64,000 nucleotides of DNA, taken from the IMG/VR virus record IMGVR_UViG_3300027851_000011, one strand, 5' to 3'. Numbering within the stretch: the stretch's first letter is position 1; every line of letters starts with the position of its first letter. The stretch is from a virus. Lineage: Duplodnaviria; Heunggongvirae; Uroviricota; Caudoviricetes. Below are positions 39,377 to 47,732 of this stretch, piece by piece. The notes beneath the pieces are model-generated. The model saw nothing but the letters and a program-made list of their open reading frames with translations. It did not search any database and was not told where the DNA came from. The position numbers and the translations under genes are program-made.

Positions 39377-40939
39377 TCACGGGAGCGGCGGCGTCGAGAT
39401 GCCCGGATTGGGCGGCGTCGCTGCCGGGACAGCCGGCAGGACGTAGTTGTGCGTGTGCATCAGCAGCGAGATGGCACCGGCCGTCACGTCACCGGGAACC
39501 GCGATGGTTCCGCCGACCCAACTGCCGGAGCTGCCGCCATTTATGGCGAGCGAGCCAGCCGCGATGCTGAAGTTGCCGTCAGCGATCATCGAGATCGACG
39601 GCGCATGGAACGAGAGTGCCGCAGCAGCGACGAACTGCGTCGCGATCGGCAGGTTCACGATCGGTGCCTGGAGCGAGATAGCAGTAGTGGCGAGGACCGT
39701 CAGCGTGCCGACGTTGCCGTCCGCGATGACGTTGACGAGCGGTGCACCAGACACACCGAGACGCAGCTTCAGAATCTTCGTCAGCGCATCGAACTGGAGA
39801 TCGAGCGTGTTGTCAGTCGGGATGCCGTACTTCGAGACGCCCGGCGTCGGGACTGGAGCAGCCTTGCCGCTGCGGATGTGGAAGCTGCCGTCAGCGCGCA
39901 CCTGGAAGTCATAGACGACGCCGCTGGCGCTGTTCAGCTCAATGCTGTCCGCTACCGTGCCGGTCGGCGGTGCGATTGGCTGTACAACGGTCTCACGGAT
40001 CACCGAATGGATCTTCGCCTGCTGCTCAATCATCGTCGTCAGTGGTGACGGTTCGATCTCACCGGCGTAGCGTCCGCTGTTCAGGTTGTCAGAGCTGATG
40101 TGGCCGACTTGGCGAACCACGTAGGGGCGCAGGTTCGCTGGGTCCGTGTTGGTGTCGACGATCTCGGTGTGCAGCAGCGAGTTGTCGAGTGTGAAGCCGG
40201 GGATCTTGCCGAATCCGAAGAACGTCTTCTTGTAGCCAAGGTATCCGGGTCCGCGCTCTTCGACGTCGATGAACCGCGAGAACTTCTTCCGCCCGTCAGC
40301 GCGAAACAGATCACAGCTGAGTTCGCTTGCTCCGAGGAAGAGTCCTTCCTTGCTGAAACGAACCCGCATCTTGTCGCGACCGATCGCGATGTCGCCCTCC
40401 GACAGATCATAGAGGCGAGAGATGAAGGCTGGCGCGTACAGCGTGTTCGAGATCTCTTCGATGCCTGGGTTCTGCGTCGACTCGCCGAGTGCCGGCAGGC
40501 TGCCGAACGGGAAGCTGGGTCCGGTCAGGAAGCCCGTGATGATCCACCCGTGTGGATCCTCGCTGACGAGGACGAGTGAACCAGCCTCAGGTACGACGAT
40601 GATGCCCGTCGCCGTCGTGTTGCGGTTGAAGATGTTGCCGCAGTACGGCTGTGCGAGACGCACATGGCTGACGACCATAGCCTTCGCGCCCTTGGCACGC
40701 GAGATGGTCGGGTTGTCGTATGCCGCAGGACCGCCATTCAGTGGTTCGACATCGAAAAGGAACGCCATGCGTCCACTTTTGTCGGCTTCGCGCCACACAT
40801 GCGAGATGCGACCGATCCAGTTGTAGCTGCGCGCAGCGCTTCCACGCTGTTGCCGACTACGTGTGGAGAACGTCGATCGCAGTGCAGCGAACGGAGTTTG
40901 ACTCGTTACCCGATCGGAGACGTCGTCGTGGTGTCCCAT
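39377..40939 (-). CDS. baseplate central spike (gpV/gp5/VgrG-like)
   Basis: Beta-repeat C-terminus ending GDVTAGAISLLMHTH, the His-x-His apex motif of gpV-type spikes. Confidence 0.75.
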   Translation of the reverse strand: MGHHDDVSDRVTSQTPFAALRSTFSTRSRQQRGSAARSYNWIGRISHVWREADKSGRMAFLFDVEPLNGGPAAYDNPTISRAKGAKAMVVSHVRLAQPYCGNIFNRNTTATGIIVVPEAGSLVLVSEDPHGWIITGFLTGPSFPFGSLPALGESTQNPGIEEISNTLYAPAFISRLYDLSEGDIAIGRDKMRVRFSKEGLFLGASELSCDLFRADGRKKFSRFIDVEERGPGYLGYKKTFFGFGKIPGFTLDNSLLHTEIVDTNTDPANLRPYVVRQVGHISSDNLNSGRYAGEIEPSPLTTMIEQQAKIHSVIRETVVQPIAPPTGTVADSIELNSASGVVYDFQVRADGSFHIRSGKAAPVPTPGVSKYGIPTDNTLDLQFDALTKILKLRLGVSGAPLVNVIADGNVGTLTVLATTAISLQAPIVNLPIATQFVAAAALSFHAPSISMIADGNFSIAAGSLAINGGSSGSWVGGTIAVPGDVTAGAISLLMHTHNYVLPAVPAATPPNPGISTPPLP

Positions 40940-40951
40940 GCTCTCGTTTTC

Positions 40952-41209
40952 TCAGGTGCGCGTGAAGATCAAGATGACTGAGTTCGCGCTCATCACCTGA
41001 CGCTGCACGCGGTAGTCGCTGTACTTCTGCCGGTACTCTGCTTCCTGCGTCGCGCTGGATACGCTCACACGGAAGGTGTGGGCACGAGACGCCGAAGCGC
41101 CCTTTCCCGACCGGGAAGAGCTGCTGGCCGACTCACCAGGGCACAAGATGCACGCCATGGGCACTAGCCTACGCCCAGCCAACCCCAATCCAATCGGGGA
41201 TAGCCACAA
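40952..41209 (-). CDS. small hypothetical protein (CILC); start may be 41158
   Basis: First ORF of the - block. Confidence 0.4.
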   Translation of the reverse strand: MWLSPIGLGLAGRRLVPMACILCPGESASSSSRSGKGASASRAHTFRVSVSSATQEAEYRQKYSDYRVQRQVMSANSVILIFTRT

Positions 41210-41315
41210 GGTAAGTAGGCAGCTTGACAGCGTTTATGGGTCACGCTCCAGCTAAAATAAAGGGGCCTGCTGGGAGATAAGAATGATGAACGAAAAACAA
41301 TCCCTGGAGCCTGCC

Positions 41316-41708
41316 ATGAACGTCTTCACCTTCATCAAGTTCGGCATCGCCACGGCTGCCGTGTTCTTCACGGCAGTCGTCGTCGGCGCCGGCTATGCCG
41401 TCGACAGCCTTGCGTCGCACATCCCGGTCGTGCAGACGGCGTTCCGCATCGTGGTAGCGCTCGTCCTCTTCCACATCGCCTGCTGCTCACTGATCTACCT
41501 CGGCCGGATCAACCTACGCCTGTGGGCATGGGAGAAGATGACCGTGAAGTTCAGTCAGCTGTTCTGGGGCAAGACGATTGCCCGTCAGTTGAAGGATCAG
41601 GCTGACCGGAAGGCGATCGTTGACGCCGGGTACGGCGCCAGCACCCCGCTCCTGATCGGCAATATGTGCCTGTGGATCGACCGCCTGACTGGAAGCCAGA
41701 AACGCTAA
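41316..41708 (+). CDS. membrane protein
   Basis: Two hydrophobic helices; GGAG RBS before 41316. Confidence 0.65.
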   Translation: MNVFTFIKFGIATAAVFFTAVVVGAGYAVDSLASHIPVVQTAFRIVVALVLFHIACCSLIYLGRINLRLWAWEKMTVKFSQLFWGKTIARQLKDQADRKAIVDAGYGASTPLLIGNMCLWIDRLTGSQKR

Positions 41709-41729
41709 AAAGTACCCCTGTTTTCAGGC

Positions 41730-41752
41730 ATAAGTCTAATACACGAGAAAAC
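41730..41752 (+). promoter_or_regulatory. recurrent ATAAG-N5-TACA(C/A)G-NN-AAAAC element
   Basis: Also at 44324-44346 and 50163-50185; a variant at 41277-41298. Confidence 0.6.
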
Positions 41753-41817
41753 ATCATTCCAGCAACGTCGCTGGGTGGTGCATCTCACCAGCAACATCCA
41801 TCACCCTGGAGGTTCCC

Positions 41818-42066
41818 ATGTCCCTCGAAACCGCCGCCGACGCCGGCTCCGCCCTCAGCACCACCGCGACCGATGACAAGGCCGCCACGATCTTCACCAA
41901 GAAGAACGTGGCCATCGCCCTGGTCGCCGTCGTGGTGACCGCCGGCCTCGTCTACTGCATCATGAAGGTGATGCAGAGCTACAAGGCCAAGCGGCTGGCC
42001 CAGAAGGCGGCCGAGCCGACCGCCGCGAAGCCCGCCGAGAAGCCCGCCGAGCAGAAGGCGGCCTAA
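41818..42066 (+). CDS. small single-pass membrane protein (paralog of 44390-44623)
   Basis: MSLETAADAGS; GGAGG RBS. Confidence 0.75.
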   Translation: MSLETAADAGSALSTTATDDKAATIFTKKNVAIALVAVVVTAGLVYCIMKVMQSYKAKRLAQKAAEPTAAKPAEKPAEQKAA

Positions 42067-42288
42067 CAACTTTCGAGAAGGCGACCTTGAGCCACTGACG
42101 CCTCTGGCGTCAGTGGCCAGGGTCACGCGCCTTCTCTTTTGTCTGGAGCGTCAGATCTAAGTCACAGCAGACGTTGATGAAGCACGCGAGTGCCAAACAC
42201 AACGCAGGCGTTCCCGCGCGAAGCGTGGACTCCCGGCGGCTGAAGCCGCGCTTACTCACACCACATACGTTCCCGAAAGGAACATACC

Positions 42289-43281
42289 ATGAGCCGCATC
42301 ACTATTGTCTCGAACCATCGCGATGCCGATGTCATCACGCACGACGGCAGCTTCCACGCCGATGAAGTCATGGCGTGCGCCATGACGTTGATCAGCCTGC
42401 GCACCTTGAACGTTCACAGGACGCGTGATCCGTCGACGATCAAGGACGCCATCATCCACGGGAAGACGGTCGTCGACGTCGGCGGCGAGAACAAGCCGGA
42501 TCTCGATGTCTTCGACCACCACCAGAAGGGCGGCGCAGGATGCCGGAAGAACGGCGTTCCGTACAGCAGCTTCGGGTTGCTGTGGAAGAAGCGCGGCGTC
42601 GATACCGTCATCGCGGCGATTCCGAACACGACGACGCTCACCACGTCGCAGGCCATCGCTGTGGCAGCCGCGATCGACGAAGGACTCGTCACCACGGTCG
42701 ATGCCACTGACAACGGCGCCGTCTTCGGTTACCAGACGCTGCGGAACTCGCCCGATGTGCGCATTCCGCAGTACAGCGTGTCGCTGATGATCCACCACCT
42801 GAACCCGCCTGCGTTCGGTGTGGCGTCACCTGTCGAGTACGACGCGGCGTTCTGCGACGCCGTCGAGTTCGCAGCTGGTATCCTGCGGCGCGAGATCGAG
42901 CACACCATCGCTCGCGTCGTCAGCGAGACGCGTGTGCGAGACGCGATGCGTGAAGCCCTGGACGCCAAGGTTCTGATCCTCGATCAGTTCGAAGCTGCGA
43001 TGAGCGACATCGTGATGGAGTCGCCGTCGCTGCTCTACTGCATCTTCCCGGACCAACGCGGAACGTGGATGGTACAGCAGGTCGCGAAGACCAAGGGCAG
43101 CTTTGAAGGGCGTGCACCGCTCCCGGCTGCGTGGGCGGGGCTGCGTGACCAGCAGCTCGCTGCGATCACGGGCGTGAACGATGCGGTGTTCTGCCACAAC
43201 GGCAGGTTCATCGCCGGTGCGAAGTCGAAAGACGGTGCCATCGCGCTCGCAGCGCTGGCCGTGTCTGCATTCGAATCCTGA
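42289..43281 (+). CDS. MYG1 (UPF0160) family exonuclease
   Basis: THDGSFHADEV, DVGG, FDHHQ, SSFGLLWK and FCHNGRFIAG motifs. Confidence 0.9.
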   Translation: MSRITIVSNHRDADVITHDGSFHADEVMACAMTLISLRTLNVHRTRDPSTIKDAIIHGKTVVDVGGENKPDLDVFDHHQKGGAGCRKNGVPYSSFGLLWKKRGVDTVIAAIPNTTTLTTSQAIAVAAAIDEGLVTTVDATDNGAVFGYQTLRNSPDVRIPQYSVSLMIHHLNPPAFGVASPVEYDAAFCDAVEFAAGILRREIEHTIARVVSETRVRDAMREALDAKVLILDQFEAAMSDIVMESPSLLYCIFPDQRGTWMVQQVAKTKGSFEGRAPLPAAWAGLRDQQLAAITGVNDAVFCHNGRFIAGAKSKDGAIALAALAVSAFES

Positions 43282-43289
43282 ACGTCACC

Positions 43290-43322
43290 CCACGGCACCA
43301 CTCTGGTGCCGTGGGGCGTTCA
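43290..43322 (+). terminator. hairpin after MYG1
   Basis: CCACGGCACCA-CTC-TGGTGCCGTGG. Confidence 0.5.
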
Positions 43323-43352
43323 ACAACACATACCTTTTACACGGAGAGTGTC

Positions 43353-44297
43353 ATGAGATTCCTCGTTCCCGCGATGCTCTGCATCGCTGCCCTATCCTCA
43401 GCTGAAACAACCTACACGTACGACGCCACCTACGCGTCCTGGCTGTCCCAGTCGTGGACGACGGCGGGCGGCACGTCCCAGCACGGCACCATCGTGTCTG
43501 CTGAACAGGAGATCGAGCCTGGGTTGATCCACCGCATCAGCTACAGGCAGCCGAGCAGCGTCGGCGTGAAGCCATTCGCTTCGGTCGCCGGAGCAGGTGA
43601 CAGCAAATACGTGCAGGCTGTCCTGGGTCTCGACTGCCGATTCAACGAGACGTGGCGTCTCACGACGGAAGTCGAATACGGGACATTCAACGTGTCGACG
43701 AACATGCGTGACGAGGCTGGCAATCGCCGACACGACGAAGCCGAGAGCACCTACCAGTCTGCTCTCGTGACGCTCGGTGCCGAGTCCTTCGGCGGCTACT
43801 TCGTCATGCGCAAGCACGACGTTCCGAATGTCATCAGATTCGAACAGGACGATGGCCGAACGCTGGATATGTACTACGACAAGGACTACAGCTCGATGAC
43901 GGTGATGCTCGGCCTGTACACCCGACTGAGCACCGAGGTCGCTGGCGGTGATCTGACGCTCGACCTGAAGGCTGCTATGGGCCAGTGTGCCTGGAAAGCT
44001 GGATCGCAAGCCAAGGCACAGTTCGAGAGCGACTGGGGGTACGCATTCCCGGACTCGCACTTCAGAGGCTACGAGTTCGCCGCTGATCTCGGCTACGAGC
44101 GGCGCTTCTCAACATACGGCATGTGGGGCATCGGTGTTCGTGCTCTCGGGTTCGGCACGGCATCTGCCTTCGACAGCGGCGACGGCAACCACGATGGCGG
44201 GTCGCAGAATGTGAACCAGGGCATTTCAGGTAGCCCATCAGCGACGCGCATGGATGCCTTCTGGGGTCCCTACATCCGAATCGGTGCAACGTTCTGA
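43353..44297 (+). CDS. putative outer-membrane beta-barrel protein
   Basis: Signal peptide MRFLVPAMLCIAALSSA; amphipathic beta-strands; C-terminal YIRIGATF. Confidence 0.7.
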   Translation: MRFLVPAMLCIAALSSAETTYTYDATYASWLSQSWTTAGGTSQHGTIVSAEQEIEPGLIHRISYRQPSSVGVKPFASVAGAGDSKYVQAVLGLDCRFNETWRLTTEVEYGTFNVSTNMRDEAGNRRHDEAESTYQSALVTLGAESFGGYFVMRKHDVPNVIRFEQDDGRTLDMYYDKDYSSMTVMLGLYTRLSTEVAGGDLTLDLKAAMGQCAWKAGSQAKAQFESDWGYAFPDSHFRGYEFAADLGYERRFSTYGMWGIGVRALGFGTASAFDSGDGNHDGGSQNVNQGISGSPSATRMDAFWGPYIRIGATF

Positions 44298-44323
44298 ACT
44301 AAAAAGAAGATAGCGTTTCTGGT

Positions 44324-44346
44324 ATAAGGATTGTACACGGAAAAAC
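44324..44346 (+). promoter_or_regulatory. ATAAG-N5-TACACG-NN-AAAAC element
   Basis: ATAAGGATTGTACACGGAAAAAC upstream of 44390. Confidence 0.6.
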
Positions 44347-44389
44347 ATTCTTGGAACAAACTCCAAGACAACCCCGTTCGGAGGCTATC

Positions 44390-44623
44390 ATGTCCCTCGA
44401 ATCCGCTGCCGACGCCGGCTCGTTCATCTCGTCGCTCGCCAACAGCGACGTCGACGTTCTCCAGATCCAGGTGGTTCGCAAGCCGACCACTGCCGAACTG
44501 GTCACCGGCGCCGTCGTCTTCACGGTGATCCTCTCGGCCTTCGTCGGCTGCTGGATCTGGTTCATCCGCTCGGAGCGCAAGCACCAGCTCGCTCTGCGCG
44601 CTGCCTCGGCGAAGGCAGCCTGA
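44390..44623 (+). CDS. small single-pass membrane protein (paralog of 41818-42066)
   Basis: MSLESAADAGS; GGAGG RBS. Confidence 0.75.
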   Translation: MSLESAADAGSFISSLANSDVDVLQIQVVRKPTTAELVTGAVVFTVILSAFVGCWIWFIRSERKHQLALRAASAKAA

Positions 44624-44701
44624 TGTGATAACCCCGCTGCACCACGTTGGTGCAGCGGGGGCTCGTCACGTGCACATCTACTTTCCACGGAGCGTAGCAA
44701 C

Positions 44702-45124
44702 ATGATCCCAGCCCCGCCGTTTCAACTCGAATCACTGACGTACGAAGCCGGTCGCGACGTCGAGAACAAGCTGAACGCGTACTACGCGTCAGCGTCTCCG
44801 ACGCACGAGATGCTCGCTGATGCTATCGTCAGCACGGTGCGCAGCGGCTGGAAGCTGATCCAGTGCGGACGGCTCCAGAAGTTGGACGACGACCGCATCA
44901 AGTACCTGCTCGCCTTCCTCATCGGACGTTCGTTCGAGAAGGCCGTCAAGGCTAAGCGCGAAGTGACGAACGATGATCGCGTCGCTTGCCATGTCCTCAT
45001 CCATGCCTTCACCTCCTTGATGTTCGAGGAATGCAATCGGACCCTGATGCGCGAGGACATCCTCGCCAACATCAAGGAGTTCTACGGCATGAACCGACCG
45101 AACATCGAACCGTCCCTCAACTAA
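44702..45124 (+). CDS. hypothetical protein
   Basis: 140 aa, immediately upstream of Ro60. Confidence 0.65.
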   Translation: MIPAPPFQLESLTYEAGRDVENKLNAYYASASPTHEMLADAIVSTVRSGWKLIQCGRLQKLDDDRIKYLLAFLIGRSFEKAVKAKREVTNDDRVACHVLIHAFTSLMFEECNRTLMREDILANIKEFYGMNRPNIEPSLN

Positions 45125-45169
45125 CCCGCACACGCACTGCGTGGCAACCAAGAAAGCGAAACCGATCCC

Positions 45170-46627
45170 ATGTCCCGATTCAACGCTGCTGCCAAGAAGG
45201 CGAAGACCCCGATCGCCGACACCATCAACAAGGCCGGTGGCAGGGCCTACAGCATCACCCCGAAGACGGAGTTGGTGAACCTGCTCACCAGTTCGATGAT
45301 GGCAGGCAAGGGCCTGGAGAGCGACACCGAGCAGATCAACCGGCTCAAGGACCTGCTCACCAAGGTCGATCCGCTGTTCGCGGCCAAGACCGCGCTCTAT
45401 GTCCGCAAGGAGCACGGCCTGCGTTCGGTCACGCACGCCATGTCGGCGCTGCTCGCCCGCCACGCCAGTGGCCAGCCGTGGGCCACCAAGTTCTACGACA
45501 AGATCGTGCACCGAGTCGATGACGCCGGTGAGATCGTCGGCGCGCTCTGGGCGCTCACCGACACGAAGAAGGGTGTCATCCCTGGCGCCATGAAGCGCGG
45601 CTTCGGCAAGGCGCTGTCCCGCTTCAGCGAGTACCAGCTCGCCAAGTACAGCGGCGGCAAGCGCGCCGTGAAGCTGATCGACCTCGTCAACCTGACGCAC
45701 CCCAAGGGCAGCGTCGGCGTCGGCAAGCTCGTGAAGGGCAAGCTGGAGAGCGCGGACACCTGGGAGTCAGCCATCTCGGCTGCCGGCCCGGATGCCGAGA
45801 AGAAGTCCGACGAGTGGAAGCGCCTGCTCATGGACGGCAAGCTGGGCATCTTCGCCCTGCTCCGCAACGTGAACAACATCGTCGAGAGCCTCGGCGACGA
45901 CAAGAAGGCAATGGCCGCACTGGTCAGCCAGCTGACCGACGAGGCAGCCGTGAAGAAGAGCCTGATCCTCCCCTTCCAGTACGCCAAGGCGATCGAGGCC
46001 GTGGAAGAGAAGGGTGGGGCGAAGGGCTTCGTGCTGGATGCGCTGCGTGATGCCCTCGAACTGTCCCTGAACAACGTTCCCGATCTCGTCGGCGACACCG
46101 TTGTGGTGCTCGACGTCAGCGGGTCGATGTCCGGTGACCCGGTGAAGATCGGCGCTCTGTTCAGCGCCGTGCTGATCAAGGCCCTGAAGGAGCGCTGCAC
46201 GTTCGTGATGTTCGCGACCGACGCAAAGATCATCAACGTGTCGACCCGGCCGGGTACGTGGGAGATCCGCAACGAGATCATGAAGAAGTGCGGCGGCGGA
46301 GGCACCAACTTCCACGCCATCTTCCAGACGCTCAAGCAGCACAAGATCAGCGCTGAACGCGTGCTGATCCTGTCCGACATGATGGGGTGGATGGGCTTCG
46401 AGACGCCGCAGTCGCACGCCTCTGATTGGGCGCGCACCTGCTGCAAGGTGAAGCCGACCATCTACAACTGGAACCTGAACGCGGCTGGCACGAGCCAGTT
46501 CACGCAGAGCCAGTACCTCGACATCGTGGCGATCTCGGGGTGGTCAGACAAGGTCTTCGATCAGATCAACAACGCCGAAGAGGACCCTGAGCTGGTCCTC
46601 CAGGCGATCGAAGCCACCGAACTGTAG
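45170..46627 (+). CDS. rsr: Ro60/Rsr RNA-binding protein (TROVE + vWA domains)
   Basis: INKAGGRAY; LFAAKTALYVRKEHGLRSV; YQLAKY; LTHPK; TWES; LLRNVNNI; MIDAS LDVSGSM; GGGTNF; ILSD. Confidence 0.92.
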   Translation: MSRFNAAAKKAKTPIADTINKAGGRAYSITPKTELVNLLTSSMMAGKGLESDTEQINRLKDLLTKVDPLFAAKTALYVRKEHGLRSVTHAMSALLARHASGQPWATKFYDKIVHRVDDAGEIVGALWALTDTKKGVIPGAMKRGFGKALSRFSEYQLAKYSGGKRAVKLIDLVNLTHPKGSVGVGKLVKGKLESADTWESAISAAGPDAEKKSDEWKRLLMDGKLGIFALLRNVNNIVESLGDDKKAMAALVSQLTDEAAVKKSLILPFQYAKAIEAVEEKGGAKGFVLDALRDALELSLNNVPDLVGDTVVVLDVSGSMSGDPVKIGALFSAVLIKALKERCTFVMFATDAKIINVSTRPGTWEIRNEIMKKCGGGGTNFHAIFQTLKQHKISAERVLILSDMMGWMGFETPQSHASDWARTCCKVKPTIYNWNLNAAGTSQFTQSQYLDIVAISGWSDKVFDQINNAEEDPELVLQAIEATEL

Positions 46628-46644
46628 TAGTGCATATTTGTTGT

Positions 46645-46671
46645 TGACAGTTTCGCTGGCGTCATACGCTC
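46645..46671 (+). promoter_or_regulatory. putative promoter TTGACA-N15-TACGCT for the ncRNA array
   Basis: Lies between the Ro60 stop and the first element; same geometry as 7418; coordinates approximate. Confidence 0.35.
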
Positions 46672-46742
46672 ACGCGCATGACGCCAGCGAACAGTTTTGT
46701 CGTGGATTGGTTGACAACTCGTTCCTGATTTTCTGAATCCTC

Positions 46743-46833
46743 GCTGTGTGGCGAGCGAAGCCGTTCCTTCTAGCCCGGTGTGGTTCGCCACTCGGGGCTG
46801 CCAAAAACAAACGGCCCGCGATTTTCCCACAGC
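46743..46833 (+). ncRNA. Y-RNA-like element 1 (free-standing)
   Basis: GCTGTG/CACAGC basal stem, bulged U, GG/CC, CGA internal loop; 23-nt motif at 46748. Confidence 0.7.
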
Positions 46834-46840
46834 TTTTCAC

Positions 46841-46918
46841 TGCGGAGTGGAGAAGTCTGGCTATCTCGCTGCCCTCATAAGGCAGAGTTCACTGGTTCAA
46901 ATCCAGTCTCCGCAACCA
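46841..46918 (+). tRNA. tRNA-Met(CAT)
   Basis: Full cloverleaf: TGCGGAG/CTCCGCA, loop CTCATAA, TTCAAAT, encoded CCA. Confidence 0.9.
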
Positions 46919-46920
46919 CA

Positions 46921-46983
46921 GGCCGTGGCGACCTCGACGGTTACTTCTCTGGCAAGTTACCCCGTCATGGAACTATCCCGGCC
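46921..46983 (+). ncRNA. Y-RNA-like element 2 (free-standing)
   Basis: GGCCG/CGGCC and GACGG/CCGTC stems; motif at 46925. Confidence 0.75.
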
Positions 46984-47020
46984 CTTTCTCCCAACCACCA
47001 ACACCTCAAAGGAGGCTCTC

Positions 47021-47221
47021 ATGGACGACAACGAGAATGCCTACAAGCCCACCAAGGAACAGCGGCTGGAGATGGCGAAGAGCCATCTGCGCGCCGCGAA
47101 GGCCGGTGGCTGTCCCCTCGATCAGATCATGATGCTGACGGAGCAGATCCGCAGCATCGAGATGGAAGCGGCTCCCGCTGCTCCCGATCTCAAGCGCCGG
47201 CTGGAGCCGGTCGCCCTCTGA
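47021..47221 (+). CDS. 66-aa hypothetical protein embedded in the ncRNA array
   Basis: AAAGGAGG RBS. Confidence 0.7.
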   Translation: MDDNENAYKPTKEQRLEMAKSHLRAAKAGGCPLDQIMMLTEQIRSIEMEAAPAAPDLKRRLEPVAL

Positions 47222-47278
47222 TCTGATGCTGACGGTGTCTTGCGACGCCGTCCCTGTATAGAGTAAGCAGGAGTTCAT

Positions 47279-47413
47279 GGACGCCGTAGCTCAGCTGGTA
47301 GAGCAATAGTCCGAAAAGCCCGACTCATTTATGCCGGCGCAAGCCGTGCCGAGAGACCCGGTTACTTCAAACCAAACTATGGGTCAAAGGTTCGAATCCT
47401 TTCGGCGTCCCCA
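47279..47413 (+). ncRNA. tRNA-scaffold/Y-RNA chimera A (element 3)
   Basis: Acceptor GACGCCG/CGGCGTC + C + CCA; D arm; T arm; 65-nt insert in place of the anticodon loop, with the motif at 47346. Confidence 0.8.
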
Positions 47414-47415
47414 AA

Positions 47416-47482
47416 GACAAGTGGCGAGCCCGTCGGTTACTTCATTGCAAACGAAACACACCGTAGGCATTTTTCCCTTGTC
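47416..47482 (+). ncRNA. Y-RNA-like element 4 (free-standing)
   Basis: GACAAG/CTTGTC, GCC/GGC and CGGT/ACCG stems; motif at 47421. Confidence 0.75.
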
Positions 47483-47496
47483 GTTCTTTTCAAACA

Positions 47497-47559
47497 GGCC
47501 GTGGCGATCGACGCAGTTACTTCTTGGAACGAAACACACTGCCCGAAACTTTCCCGGCC
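47497..47559 (+). ncRNA. Y-RNA-like element 5 (free-standing)
   Basis: GGCCG/CGGCC, TCG/CGA and GCAGT/ACTGC stems; motif at 47501. Confidence 0.75.
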
Positions 47560-47566
47560 CTTGGAT

Positions 47567-47696
47567 GGTGCAGTAGCTCAGTGGTTAGAGCACGTAAATA
47601 CCCGTCAGCAATGATCCCGCCTAACGGTGTGGCGAGCACGGCGGTTACTTCTTGTTAAGAACGTGGTCGTTGGTTCGAATCCAACCTGCACCGCCA
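47567..47696 (+). ncRNA. tRNA-scaffold/Y-RNA chimera B (element 6)
   Basis: GGTGCAG/CTGCACC + G + CCA; D and T arms; insert with the motif at 47629. Confidence 0.8.
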
Positions 47697-47732
47697 CTAC
47701 ATCTCACGCGTCAGACCAACTGACGCAGGCTT

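Noticed and set aside
47279-47696. tRNAs with group I or BHB introns
   Set aside because: The inserts are about 65 nt, far too short for group I introns. I see no bulge-helix-bulge, and the inserts match the free-standing elements.
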